NCBI GenBank assembly: GCA_977017575.1
Contig: CDRNVI010000042.1
Coordinates: 62,001-126,000 of the forward strand
Source: Paramoeba atlantica
Taxonomy: Eukaryota > Protista > Discosea
Reading direction: 5' to 3'
Length of the DNA: 64,000 bases
The position numbers were made by a program, and so were the translations under genes. The notes under the pieces were generated by a model. It did not search any database and was not told where the DNA came from. It was given only the letters and a program-made list of their open reading frames with translations. Below are positions 21,412 through 32,192 of the stretch, one piece after another; positions within the stretch are counted from its first letter, which is position 1, and each line of letters opens with the position of its first letter.

Positions 21412-21750
21412 AATTAGAAAAGGGTTCAGAAACACATTAAGATGCCACGAACACATCATACAAGAATTTTGCGAGCTGTATGAAAAGCGAATCCTTTCGT
21501 ACGTTTCACTAATACACTGTACTCTTTTACTAAAATTATTTTAACTGCGTTATTTCTTGCTGTTTATCTTGCCATTGGACATAGTTTTACGTTAATCTTA
21601 CGTTACTTTTACGTAGTTGGTCATCAGTTTCAAGGAAAATAAGGCTTTGACTCCCATAAATACCTTTTACCATTCAATCGTTTAGTAAAGTATCTGAGGT
21701 GTTTTGGATAAAGAGTACTATTCTTTGATCTCATATCCTATTTCCTCATC

Positions 21751-22047
21751 ATGTCCGCAGTCTTAGCGACGCCTGTTTTTGAAATGAACGGAGGCAAACG
21801 ATTAGTACCGGACACCGAAGAAGAGGAGTCCTATCACTATGAAACCGTTGAGCTAGGAGAGATGCAATTCGTAGCTCAACGTGATTTGTTCCGCTATGAG
21901 TGCCCTTGTGGCGATTGGTTTGAAATTAGTGCGGAGGAAATTCTGAATGGAAGCCGTGTGGCTCAGTGCCCGACATGCTCGCTTACGATATGGGTGACAC
22001 CGAGCCGGGATGTCTCGGGATATCTTACATCGTTGGGACGAAGGTGA
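21751..22047 (+). CDS. DPH3: Diphthamide biosynthesis protein 3 (CSL zinc finger)
   Basis: YETVELGEM, FRYECPCGDWFEIS and AQCPTCSLTIWV match DPH3/KTI11. Confidence 0.9.
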   Translation: MSAVLATPVFEMNGGKRLVPDTEEEESYHYETVELGEMQFVAQRDLFRYECPCGDWFEISAEEILNGSRVAQCPTCSLTIWVTPSRDVSGYLTSLGRR

Positions 22048-22149
22048 ATGACCTTCAAAAATTAACTTTTGATGAAAAATGTATTCAAAAATGTGTTCCG
22101 TATTGGATGATTGAACGTCTGATTCTTTGAATACGTATTCTTGTTAGCG

Positions 22150-22270
22150 AAGAATGCTCGAAGAATTATTAACAATAAACGAGCCCTTTATACAGCCCTT
22201 TATACAGCCCTCTATACGAGCCCTGTACTAAAATTGTACCAATAGTAATACAGTATTACTAATACTACTA
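22150..22270 (+). repeat. Dispersed repeat upstream of LRR paralogues
   Basis: AGAATGCTCGAAGAATT...TATACAGCCC...CTGTACTAAAATTGTACCAATAG also occurs at about 45630-45720. Confidence 0.8.
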
Positions 22271-22407
22271 TTTCTAGTAAGGATAGTACCGTGCACGCAG
22301 TATTTTTTGCACGTAGTATACACATATCTAAACAGCAAAGTCTACATTTGTAGTTTCACACAAATATTAGATTTGTAGAATTTTCTATTTTTCCTGAAGG
22401 TTTTCTA

Positions 22408-22487
22408 ATGCAACGTGTGTCTACGTTGGACGACACTTCCGATCTGCGTCGAGGTTCAGTTACCTCGTTGCTAATGCCCAAGAGGTG
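22408..22487 (+). pseudogene. 5'-only fragment of the LRR gene family
   Basis: ATGCAACGTGTGTCTACGTTGGACGACACTTCCGATCTGCGTCGAGG is nearly identical to the start of 47015 (MQRVSTLDDTSDLRRG). Homology stops after about 26 codons. Confidence 0.8.
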
Positions 22488-22951
22488 TACAACATAACAA
22501 GTACACCTACACACACACATCGGTTGGACTTGAAATTCTCAAGTCTCATCATCATAGCCATCTCATCATGGCTTTAGGAGTAGCCATGCAGAGGGGGAAC
22601 GCTCAGATAGCGAATGCCGCCGTACAAAATTAGTCCTGAAGGGGCGTGCGCTAACTGGGCTTTGGGGATAAAATAAATATAATTACACATAACCCCATAT
22701 GAGGGGCTGCGGGTCGCGGGTTCGGTGCGAGTTCGGCGCGGGTTGAAAAAAAATCTTCTGAAAGCATGCGAAATTAGTCGGAGCTGCAGACATTGAAGGA
22801 GAAAAATAGTTAGATCGAAGGAGAAATCATAATGTGCGACATACATAGTGTACATAATATACGATAATAACAAAAATTTATAAGCCATATATACGATATG
22901 ACTACGTAGTTTACATTTCGCAATTCATGGAAAACGACTAGATACTTAATT

Positions 22952-23209
22952 TTATTTAGTTTTTGATCCGTACTGTGGTTTCTTGGGAACATATCCCACA
23001 TCGTATATGTGTTCTTTGAGCCAATCCCTCCGTTCATCAATCGGTTTGACTAAACCACACCCTTTGCTACACCAACAAAAAGATGAGTCATCGATATTTT
23101 GTAAGTGTACATTTATTTCACTATCAAAGTCGTATTGGGGTTCTGATGCAAGCAAACCATACACTGCAACAGATACAATCTGAACGACATCCTTTACCCA
23201 CGTAATATC
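22952..23209 (-). pseudogene. C-terminal part of the Harbinger-type transposase, beyond the hAT insertion
   Basis: Removing the hAT and one TSD gives the in-frame join HDIT|WVKDVVQIVSVAVYGLLASEPQY. Confidence 0.7.
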
Positions 23210-26200
23210 ATACCCTGGTGGGTAATAGGTGGTAATTTACCACCTATTACCACCTATTACCACATTTTACTGGCTACTCCAGCATAGAAAAATATTCCCT
23301 ATGAATTCGATACATAGTTCAAGAAATGTCTTTAAACAACAATGCATATGCTATGCGACGTAATTACTGGTCTGTTCTACACGCTATGACATTTTCTTTG
23401 TTCTTTAGACTGCTGTTTAACATTATTTTATTCCTCCGAGAAATTCTAATTGATGAGAGGACGACCGCCCGTCGCAAACATACCAGTACGCACTCCGAGG
23501 CCTCCCCATCGGCCATCCGCAATCCCTCATAACCAAATTAATAAAATTTCTTCCACCTCGCAAGGGAATGGACCCCCTTCTATGTACTCTCCTGGCAGCC
23601 GGAGCTCCCACGATGACACCCTATCTCAACATACCAGTCATACCCCGGAGCCTGTACAAGATACGGTCGATGGCACAGTTTGTCGGAGCTCTCGGAGCAA
23701 AACAGATCAGCTGAATTCTGCAGATTTACCGCCGAAGAAAAGCAGAACTCGGTCAAAATCCAAAGAACTTTCCGATGCAGTTGCTCAACGCATTGTAGAA
23801 GGGCCCAGCCAGCTCAGCCTCTCAATTCTCCAGGAATCCCCGCTGAACACTGCACTTAAGAAGAAGGACCGGCGTTCAGGAAACGTGGAGGATCCGCTGA
23901 AGTATGGAGACCTATCCAACTTTTTCTACTATGAGTTATGCTCTTTCAAGCCAAACGGGAGTTTTCCTTCAAAGCTGTGCATTAAGGAAATGGAGCATAG
24001 ACAAGGGTCGGCATCCTTCTTGAAAGACTCCGCAAATCAAAGACGACATGCGGTGTGTCGCTCGTGTGGCATTACCCTTCACAGTAGGTGTAAGCAAACA
24101 TACTACACCCACAAAAATGAATCTTGCAAAGCACTGAAGAAACAACGAAAAGGAGGCGCCCATGAATCGCCAAAAACGAACCTCACGGCTCAAACTTTTC
24201 TTTCGAAAGCATTGCCGTGCCTCGGAGCACAGACAAATTTATCGACCGAGGGCCTTCTCAAGTTCGTAAGTGCATACGAAGGAGCACGCCCTGACATTTC
24301 CCCGGACCAAATTATTTCGAAGCTACCGTGCGCCAAAAAATTCCACCTCTCCGAGAAAGGCTTGGCTACCGAAATATGGGAGCTAGTCCACAAGACGGTT
24401 TCTGAAAGCGCCTTCTTTGGTATAGCTGTGGACGGAGGGATCGACAACGTGAAGCATCAAAACATATTAGTCAGTGTTTTGTACGCAGGAGCCAATTCGT
24501 TTGTTCTGCCTCCAATCTATCACAAACGTTTCAAAGCGTTTAATGGGATTGAGATGGCGAAATCTATCGTTAGTATGCTTCGCAGCGGCCTAGGTGACGG
24601 AGTTCAAAAGCTTCGTTACTTCATGGTCGATGGGTGCGGCGTGAATCACGTTGCACGACAGGCCACGGAGCGTGAACTTCGTGATATTTATGATCGAATA
24701 TCTCCTGTCGGGACTGAGGATGTCACAAACGTGTGTAATGGGATTCGCATGGCTGTACCGTGCGTGAAAGAAGTATCGTGCTTCGGACACATTCTCAACC
24801 TAATTGCCAGAGATACTATGGTACCGTATCAATCATTACCCGTTATGTGTCTCAGAGATGCATTTGCGCATATTTTCTGGTCAGGAGGAAAACCGAGTGC
24901 AAAGAAAGGTAAGTATATGGGACGTGCGATCGAAGAAATCTTGTGTTCCGTGGATGAAGAAACCCGTGATGCTGTGCCACTGTTCTCTCAATGGTACCAA
25001 ATTCTGGGGGATATCAATGTGCCCGATGAATTCCGTTCATCTCATGTCAATGATCTTTGCAGCGCTCTTGAAATTATTAAAAATGTATGTGTAGAGCCTG
25101 TGCAGTCTCTTCTTGTGACGTTACGCGGGAATGGTACCTTTGAGGAAAAGCACTTTGAACTAGTAGAAATAGGCCCGTTGATCATGGAAGCTGTGGAACG
25201 CACGAAGCGAATAAATAAATTACCTGCCCCTAAATTGGGTGGAGCTACCAGATGGTGTACCGGCCGCTTCGAAAGTTTGCAGTACATTGCAGAAAATCTC
25301 CCAACCATTACTCGGTTTGTATATGATGAAGTTACTTCGGGAAATGCGTCGGATTATCATCGTCGGACTATCAAGAAATGTGCGGAAATTATAAAAGAAA
25401 GCGACCCCCAAGATTTGATGGGACAAGCACGCGAAATATTAAAACAGTTAGATGTTGTCCACAAGTCGTTGAAACAGTTGTCAGATATGCCTAATGAGCC
25501 CATGGCGTTGGTCCCGTATCCAATTTTACAGCGATTGAAGTCTGAAAGTGAGAAGGAAACTGCTAATCCTGAGTTAATAAAATCCCTACAGAAACATAAA
25601 CAGCGACTTGAAAATAAAGCATACATGTATTATTGGTGCGCAGTAATGAGTTTTTCTCCATTGCACATTTTTTTGAGCAGGAAGCACCCGACAGCACAAT
25701 ACCCCGTCATTAGCGTTGATGTGGCAAACGACGTTTTTCAGAGTGGAGAACCTCTTTTTCATATTTCAGAAGACGAGTGGAACTCTTATATTAATTGTAA
25801 GAACTTTGATTGGCAACCCTCCGTGCACACCTCCGTATGGAAATGGTGGGAAGATGTCGGAAAAGAAAACTTTCCATCTATATACCAAGCCGCTCGTCAC
25901 TACTTGTGGGTGCCGCCAATCGTCACAGCATGTGATTCCCTGCTTTCCATTATGGGATGGAAGTATAACCCGCGTCAAGCCTCCCTTGATAGCGACGTAA
26001 TCGCCACTCAAATGTTTCTTCGAGGTAATCTAAATAAATTGACTTATCTTTGTAAAGCTCCAGCCGATACACAGACAAGTGAAGACGAATACAAAAGCGA
26101 AGGGAAAGATGAAACAGAACCTAGCGAATCGGAGCACGACATATAGTTTGAATTACATTTTCTTTATAAATTATATCCTAAAAAATCCCTGAATTCTGCA

Positions 26201-27006
26201 GCACGTGATCTAACCACGTTTAGTTTCTTATTATGCTTGTATTTTTCAAGATTAGTTATATTGAAGCATACAGTATAGTTATAAAAAGGTAGTTATATGG
26301 AATACAATTGGGGGGTAGGCTTCCGGTGGGCCTAGGGGGTGTACACCAAAAAAAATACAATCAGTTATATTGAACAACAAACAGTATGTAGTTGCATAAT
26401 ATAGTTGAGGTCTTCCATATTGGTCGTCAAGGGGAAGCATGTGCGCAACAAATTTTACACAAAAGTTTACAATGGTATACTCATTTTGTTTTGGGATTTT
26501 TTCCATGATTTGTGTGATGCTTCTAGGAAGCATGAGAGCTATACTTTTTCCCCGCACTAACACTTAATTTGAATTTTGTAACGCGCGCTACTTTTCATAT
26601 TATTCATACACGCCATTGAGGCTATATTTTTAAACACATCATTAATCGTAATGCTTTTAAATTAATTTATAAACTTTCCCTACTTTTCTAAACATGTAGG
26701 TATTCATGTACATGAATTTGATTACCTCCCGGACTCATTTTTCTTGTAACTAGGATCTTCCTCCACGTAAATACTCTGCTCCGTGGTAAACTCTCGCGTT
26801 TCTTCGCGATGATGTCCTGTTCGACACGCGATTCTACGCGATGGCGTCCGATAACCCCAGACGATCTGTTACTCACACGTTACGTCGACGATTGTGCGTC
26901 AAATCTCAGGTAGCTTTTGAATGTGGTAATTGGGTAATTGAAATGTGGTAATTACCACCTATTACCACACATGTGGTAAATTACCACATTACCACATCCA
27001 GGGTAT
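23210..27006 (+). mobile_element. hAT transposon, full length (3797 bp), 8-bp TSD
   Basis: TSD GTAATATC at 23202-23209 and 27007-27014. TIR ATACCCTGG / CCAGGGTAT. TTACCAC subterminal repeats at both ends. Confidence 0.9.
23453..26146 (+). CDS. hAT transposase, intact ORF of about 897 aa
   Basis: BED-like CRSC...H, GIAVDG, FMVDG, CFGH (CxxH), TRW, and the hAT dimerisation domain WKWW...FPSIYQAARHYLWVPPIVTACDSLLS. Confidence 0.85.
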   Translation: MRGRPPVANIPVRTPRPPHRPSAIPHNQINKISSTSQGNGPPSMYSPGSRSSHDDTLSQHTSHTPEPVQDTVDGTVCRSSRSKTDQLNSADLPPKKSRTRSKSKELSDAVAQRIVEGPSQLSLSILQESPLNTALKKKDRRSGNVEDPLKYGDLSNFFYYELCSFKPNGSFPSKLCIKEMEHRQGSASFLKDSANQRRHAVCRSCGITLHSRCKQTYYTHKNESCKALKKQRKGGAHESPKTNLTAQTFLSKALPCLGAQTNLSTEGLLKFVSAYEGARPDISPDQIISKLPCAKKFHLSEKGLATEIWELVHKTVSESAFFGIAVDGGIDNVKHQNILVSVLYAGANSFVLPPIYHKRFKAFNGIEMAKSIVSMLRSGLGDGVQKLRYFMVDGCGVNHVARQATERELRDIYDRISPVGTEDVTNVCNGIRMAVPCVKEVSCFGHILNLIARDTMVPYQSLPVMCLRDAFAHIFWSGGKPSAKKGKYMGRAIEEILCSVDEETRDAVPLFSQWYQILGDINVPDEFRSSHVNDLCSALEIIKNVCVEPVQSLLVTLRGNGTFEEKHFELVEIGPLIMEAVERTKRINKLPAPKLGGATRWCTGRFESLQYIAENLPTITRFVYDEVTSGNASDYHRRTIKKCAEIIKESDPQDLMGQAREILKQLDVVHKSLKQLSDMPNEPMALVPYPILQRLKSESEKETANPELIKSLQKHKQRLENKAYMYYWCAVMSFSPLHIFLSRKHPTAQYPVISVDVANDVFQSGEPLFHISEDEWNSYINCKNFDWQPSVHTSVWKWWEDVGKENFPSIYQAARHYLWVPPIVTACDSLLSIMGWKYNPRQASLDSDVIATQMFLRGNLNKLTYLCKAPADTQTSEDEYKSEGKDETEPSESEHDI

Positions 27007-27852
27007 GTAATATCGTGGTCCGTTCCATGAAAAAAACGAAAATTATCGAAATGAGCGAAACAACGCTCGATTCTTGAACGAATCCAAGAATGCATGCGGT
27101 TGAACCGATCCTTGTGTTCATCAAGGCAACCTTTGCGTGGTGCCTTGAATGGAACAAAACAGTGGTTGCAACCCACGTATCCTAGATCCGCCAAAAACAT
27201 TTCATCTTCATGATGGTCAAAAAGAAATGTTCCGTGCGTGGTTCTTTCTTTATAAATTTTCGCATCATGTACACTGCCCGGAACGGGTCCGCGAAAAAAA
27301 TAGGGACTCCGGCAAGCGTAAGCCAGAACTCCACTTTAAAACAGTGTTCCCTTGCTTGCCGGAGTAGGTCGCATCTTTTTTTCTCATTTCCTGAGAGGCT
27401 TCGTCCCATACGTCCCGCGGTTTCCTTGCACGACATGGGATTGTCGTGACGTCCATCATACATGTCACGTCAGACATCCAAGATACCCCATGCTTGAAAC
27501 GAAGTTTCGGATTCATTAAAGCAGGAGAGCGGCAAAGATCAGCGATGCGGCTAAAGTCATCGCGGAGAGTCCTGATGGGTAGAGGAGGAGTTTCGGGAGC
27601 AATCCAGATGGGCTGTAAATCATACAGTTGCTCCCATGTGCAGTTCAAAACGCACATAGCTAAGGAAGAGCTAAGGCGTCTGAGATCAGTGTCCGTGGCG
27701 ACAAGAGGACTTGCTCTCTGTAGCTCAAGAAAAAAATCTGTGAGTTGCTCTCTGGTAATGCCGTACATGATAGAATTGCAGGATAAAATATCGCCTAGAG
27801 AGAAAACAAAAAGTAAGATGACATTCATGGGTAAGATACCTAACTTATTCAT
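27007..27852 (-). pseudogene. PIF/Harbinger-type (DDE_Tnp_4) transposase, frameshifted and interrupted
   Basis: Motifs across three frames: MDVTTIP, TYSGK, PGSVHDAK, LADLGYVG and FNRMHSWIRSRIERCF. Confidence 0.85.
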
Positions 27853-28005
27853 GATACAAGATGCATGATATATCTAAAAAAAGAATGATATATAAAGGTT
27901 AGCACTTCAAACTTCAAAAAAAACGAGCTTATCACTTCTCTTGAATTACAACTCTTTCTCTTATGTACGCTTTGCGGGGGAAACGTTCGCTTCTGCGGGG
28001 GAAAA

Positions 28006-28671
28006 CTAAAGGGAAGGAAAGCGCATCACACGAGAGGAACGTGGCTTCAAAGAGACTTCCCCAAGCGAAGGTTGAGGGAGCGAGGAAGGTTGAGTGCGCA
28101 AGTTGGGTGAAGAGATCACCGTAGAAGAAAAGGATTCCTCTGCTACGTTTTCTTTACCCTGGCCACTCTTCCGTTTGCGCCACAGAGTGCATGATCTGGA
28201 ACGCTTTCCTGAAACAGAACGCCACACGTTCTCCACGAACTCCCCCACAGCTCCTTCATGAGGAGGGGCGTAGAGAGGGTTCTGTTTCAAGAAAGCTTCC
28301 AGATCACGCGTCGCCTCTGCAAGGAAGTAGACCCCTCGTGGCAGACAATCCAAGAGAAGGTGTCCTCGGCGCTCCACAAGGTGGAAGATGACACGCTGCA
28401 GCACTTGGGAGCTAACCTCCACGCCACACACAGAGCGTGTTGCATGTAAGTAGCTGTCCATCGTGCGCGATACGCGCCTCATGCATTCTTCCACCTTGGC
28501 TCCCAACTCCTCTTCAGTGATAACGAGCGCTGGGGGGGCGAAAGGAGTTTTGCGCTTCGTGAAGGTGCGCATAAGCGATGCGACAATGACGTCGTATACG
28601 TCATCATCCCTCGCAGATGTTACCTTCATACGTGAAGTGAAATCTTCGTTGCTCTCAACAGGGCTCATCAT
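28006..28671 (-). CDS. Hypothetical 221-aa second ORF of the Harbinger-like element
   Basis: Intact ATG ORF inside the TIRs, same strand as and upstream of the transposase. No Myb/SANT or YqaJ motif recognised. Confidence 0.6.
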   Translation of the reverse strand: MMSPVESNEDFTSRMKVTSARDDDVYDVIVASLMRTFTKRKTPFAPPALVITEEELGAKVEECMRRVSRTMDSYLHATRSVCGVEVSSQVLQRVIFHLVERRGHLLLDCLPRGVYFLAEATRDLEAFLKQNPLYAPPHEGAVGEFVENVWRSVSGKRSRSCTLWRKRKSGQGKENVAEESFSSTVISSPNLRTQPSSLPQPSLGEVSLKPRSSRVMRFPSL

Positions 28672-29154
28672 ATAAAAAGGAGGATAATGTAAAAGAATTA
28701 TGCATGTATTGTGGAGGGTATATTAATTGTACATTTGATTTGTGTAATGCATACACCGTTCGTATACAGCACCGTATACAGCGTACACCGTATTTTCACA
28801 GTGAGGCGGCTATGTACGGCAACAAACTAAAAAAACTACGCTTAAACTACTTTGTACGTGTACAATCCATTTTTTTGGTCTAAAATAGACCTCGTTCGAC
28901 CTCAAATGCAAAGCGCGGGTTCGGTGCGGGTTCGGTGATGCACACCCGCAGCCCCTCATATGTATCAGTGTCTTTGTTGTTGTTTTTGTGATTCCATCAA
29001 AAAGCCATATTAAAGTGGGGGTACATTGAAAATTATGAGAGAAAAAAATCGGCTGCATTTTTTGTTTATCTGCAAACACTTATATAATGTTGAACCGGAG
29101 CTGTATATATTCAAATATAGCTTTTATAGCTTTTTTCCGCTTAAAAACTTCGAA

Positions 29155-30339
29155 ATGACTGCAGCTGTAGAAATCTCTTACGAAGATTCTTCTATCGACA
29201 TGAACGTATTAAAAAAACTCAATCCGGAGAACTCTGAGATTGCAAAAGGACTTCTTCTAGAAATTGAAACGGAATGTACGAAAGCAAACATATTGGACGA
29301 TACAATTTCTCAAGCACATGATCACTTAAACGCCGCGGCTACGATTCGGAATCAAATCGCACAGGAGTCTGACAAAATCACTGAACTTGAAAGCTCTATT
29401 TCCCAAACCACGCACAACGTTGCCCACATGAGGACACGCATTCAATCCTTTCCCAACCCTGAGCGAATACATTCTCTCGAAACCCAAGTTGCGGCCAAAT
29501 CCGACGCGTTAGACACCTCAACCTCCACACTCGGTACCTTACAAAACGACAAGAAAACGCAACAGCGGCAACTCGACGACACCCACAGCAACCTCTCCAG
29601 TTTAATGCACGAAGTCTGCACGATTCTATGCGAGACCTCCTCCCTCCTCCAGCAACGTCACCGTGAGATGGTCGAGTTCCCGACGCCCTCCGTTTCGTTA
29701 CCCGATCTCACGGCGCAGTGCACCGAAAGAGAGGCACGACTCCGTGCGACCCTACTCGACATGGACCTCAAAAAACAAAAAGAGAAAAGTATTCGAGAAG
29801 CCATGGAATGTGCTCGAACGGAGCTAGCCACCCAGTGTGGAGATGTGGAGCGCAGTCACCTTGAAAGCACACAGCAAATTACAGAAGAATGGAGCCGGGA
29901 ACAGAAAGAGCTCTGGGTTTCGTTGGCCCAACTTCGCGTGATCCACAAGGAGCAGGTTTATCATTTGCAGCGGGGGACGCATATTAAGCAGAGCACGAGT
30001 GGGGGCGTCTCGTCGGAGTCTAGACTGGCGAGAGAAGAGACGGCATTGACCCGCGAGCTGATACAAATCCAGCAGCGCATTAAGGATGCCACCGACCAGC
30101 TACACTCCCGGCGTGTGGTGTTGCGGAACTATAAAACAGAGCTACGTAAGATGAAGGATGAGTTTGAGGAGACCCGAAAAAAGGCACAGGAACAGCTGCA
30201 GGAGTCCGCGAAAGAGCACAGAGAGCTGTTCCAAGAAAAGTGTCAGTTGCAGAAAATGAAAGCAGACATGGAGGGCCAAATTGCTGTTCTACACAGTGCT
30301 CGATCGTCTGCTTTAATGACACCCAAAAAAGAAATTTAG
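29155..30339 (+). CDS. Coiled-coil hypothetical protein
   Basis: Long ORF rich in E/Q/K/R/L heptads. First in-frame ATG after AT-rich leader is at 29155. Confidence 0.7.
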   Translation: MTAAVEISYEDSSIDMNVLKKLNPENSEIAKGLLLEIETECTKANILDDTISQAHDHLNAAATIRNQIAQESDKITELESSISQTTHNVAHMRTRIQSFPNPERIHSLETQVAAKSDALDTSTSTLGTLQNDKKTQQRQLDDTHSNLSSLMHEVCTILCETSSLLQQRHREMVEFPTPSVSLPDLTAQCTEREARLRATLLDMDLKKQKEKSIREAMECARTELATQCGDVERSHLESTQQITEEWSREQKELWVSLAQLRVIHKEQVYHLQRGTHIKQSTSGGVSSESRLAREETALTRELIQIQQRIKDATDQLHSRRVVLRNYKTELRKMKDEFEETRKKAQEQLQESAKEHRELFQEKCQLQKMKADMEGQIAVLHSARSSALMTPKKEI

Positions 30340-30743
30340 TTTCTCGGAAATTGGATGTTCGAGTAGATTTTAGTAGATATTCTTAGTAACGGAACCGTTT
30401 CGTAGGGTGTATGACTCAAGCGTAATTCTTTGTTGGTTCGATGGAATTATGATTACGGAGTTTAATTTATCCGTTGACTCCACTTTACCCGTAGACTTAA
30501 AATGTACACATGCTTATAATTCTGTACTTGTTTGTTTATATTGTAGAACACTTTTTAGTCATAATCTACCTTTGATTCCTTTTTAACAGCCTATAAATAC
30601 ATGTATGATATTATGCCTGGTGCTCTGTTCCGTACCTTTTGATCCCGGGTTCCAATAATTTAACAAAATAATAATAATAACTTACAAATCTGTTTTTTTT
30701 TCGTTTCTTTCTACTGCAATTTTTGTTCGTTTCCTTCTACTGC

Positions 30744-31355
30744 ATGGATGACAGTTCCGATTTGCGTCGCGGCAAGGTTACCGCCTTGTTGCTACCCCCA
30801 GAGGAACTCCTTGAGCGTTTCATATCAGATGTGGAACCAAGATCAAGGCACCCCACTTGGCGCCTTGCTAAGAAGGGAGTCTTTGGGCGTGTGAAAAGCG
30901 TATCGGTATGCACATGGTATGGGGTGACCTGCGATGCGCAGCATCGTCTAAGAAGGATTCGATGGGATGACATGGGGCTCGAACGACAGGTACAACGGGA
31001 ATTCCTACCCCAAACACTAATGGCTTGTAGTTTCCTTAGAAACAGACTTACGGGATCATTGTTACTTGATGCATTACCACCGCAGCTGACATACCTGCAT
31101 GTATCGAGCAACCGATTTAGCGATGAGTTATCCTTGACTAATTTGCCGCCCACCACAGAGTCTCTTTGGTTCAATGACAATCGCTTTGAAGGAAGCGTAG
31201 ATCTTACCCATTTACCCCTTCGTCTCCGTGACTTGAGGACTAACGATAAAGATACAGTTTCTGTACCTTGTTCGTACATTTTCCTAGCTCATCATTTCTC
31301 TCCCGGAGACGGGCATATTTTTACTATGTCAATGCCCGTTTCCGGATGGCGCTAG
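30744..31355 (+). CDS. Leucine-rich repeat protein (family paralogue, divergent C-terminus)
   Basis: DDSSDLRRGKVTALL N-terminal motif, WYGVTC cap, LP..L..L.vs.NrfsG repeats. Polypyrimidine tract upstream. Confidence 0.75.
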   Translation: MDDSSDLRRGKVTALLLPPEELLERFISDVEPRSRHPTWRLAKKGVFGRVKSVSVCTWYGVTCDAQHRLRRIRWDDMGLERQVQREFLPQTLMACSFLRNRLTGSLLLDALPPQLTYLHVSSNRFSDELSLTNLPPTTESLWFNDNRFEGSVDLTHLPLRLRDLRTNDKDTVSVPCSYIFLAHHFSPGDGHIFTMSMPVSGWR

Positions 31356-32192
31356 GAGAGGAACTGTCCCTCTTGTCGCAAAGTAGGGGTGCGCCTCCCT
31401 TCCCTCATCTCCAACCACCCCGCTCGGAACACGGTTCCGAGTCCCCATGCGCTGCAGGACCCTACTACGGGACCACGCGGCGTGTCTTCCCCACCGCGCG
31501 ACACCGGTACTGCTGCGCGCAGGAGGCTTCCACATACCGGAAGTCTCCCACACGGCGAGCAAACACGTTGCACGCGTGTTCTAGAGGATGTTCTATGCAC
31601 CTCTCTTGCTCACCAGCCGTGGTGGATTCTGTGGGACCCCGATGCCCATGATGCATCATGAACCATGACTCCATTTGCCAGCATGCATCCATGGCCCTGA
31701 CCATGTTGTATCATGAACCATGGAAGTCATTTGTAGCATGTACGATGGGAATACCATCCGCGTCCCACAAATCCGTATGTCTTCCCTGGCGCATTGCGCT
31801 CACTGAGCATCTCGGGACATCTTATCCCGATGAGGCCGTTCCTTTTCGCTTTCCTGGGGATGATATCCCACACATTGCCCTGTGTCGCCGCGGAAGGCGA
31901 CAGGTCCAGCAGGGGACACCCTTTGCGTCAACTCCTGCTGAGCCCAGTATCTCTACAGGTTTTCGCCCTGTATGAATAAAACCATTGATCACAATGAGCT
32001 CACCGGTGGAGTCGATCTCTCTTGTTTGCCCTTCGAGATGAAAACTCTGAATTTGGCCTTAACAGGTTTACAGGACCACTAAATTTGCAGAAGACGCCTC
32101 CTTTGCTGGAATTCATTTACTGTCAAAGCAATTGTTTTTCGGACTTGATAATGTTTGCTTCGATTCCCAAGGAATTAAAAGCGTTAACCATA

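Larger units (their letters stand above)
22702..28957 (-). mobile_element. PIF/Harbinger-ISL2EU-like (PHIS group) transposon, about 2.45 kb without the nested hAT
   Basis: TIR GAGGGGCTGCGGGT / ACCCGCAGCCCCTC, flanked by AT on both sides (within CATATG). Encodes a DDE_Tnp_4-type transposase and a second ORF. Confidence 0.75.
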
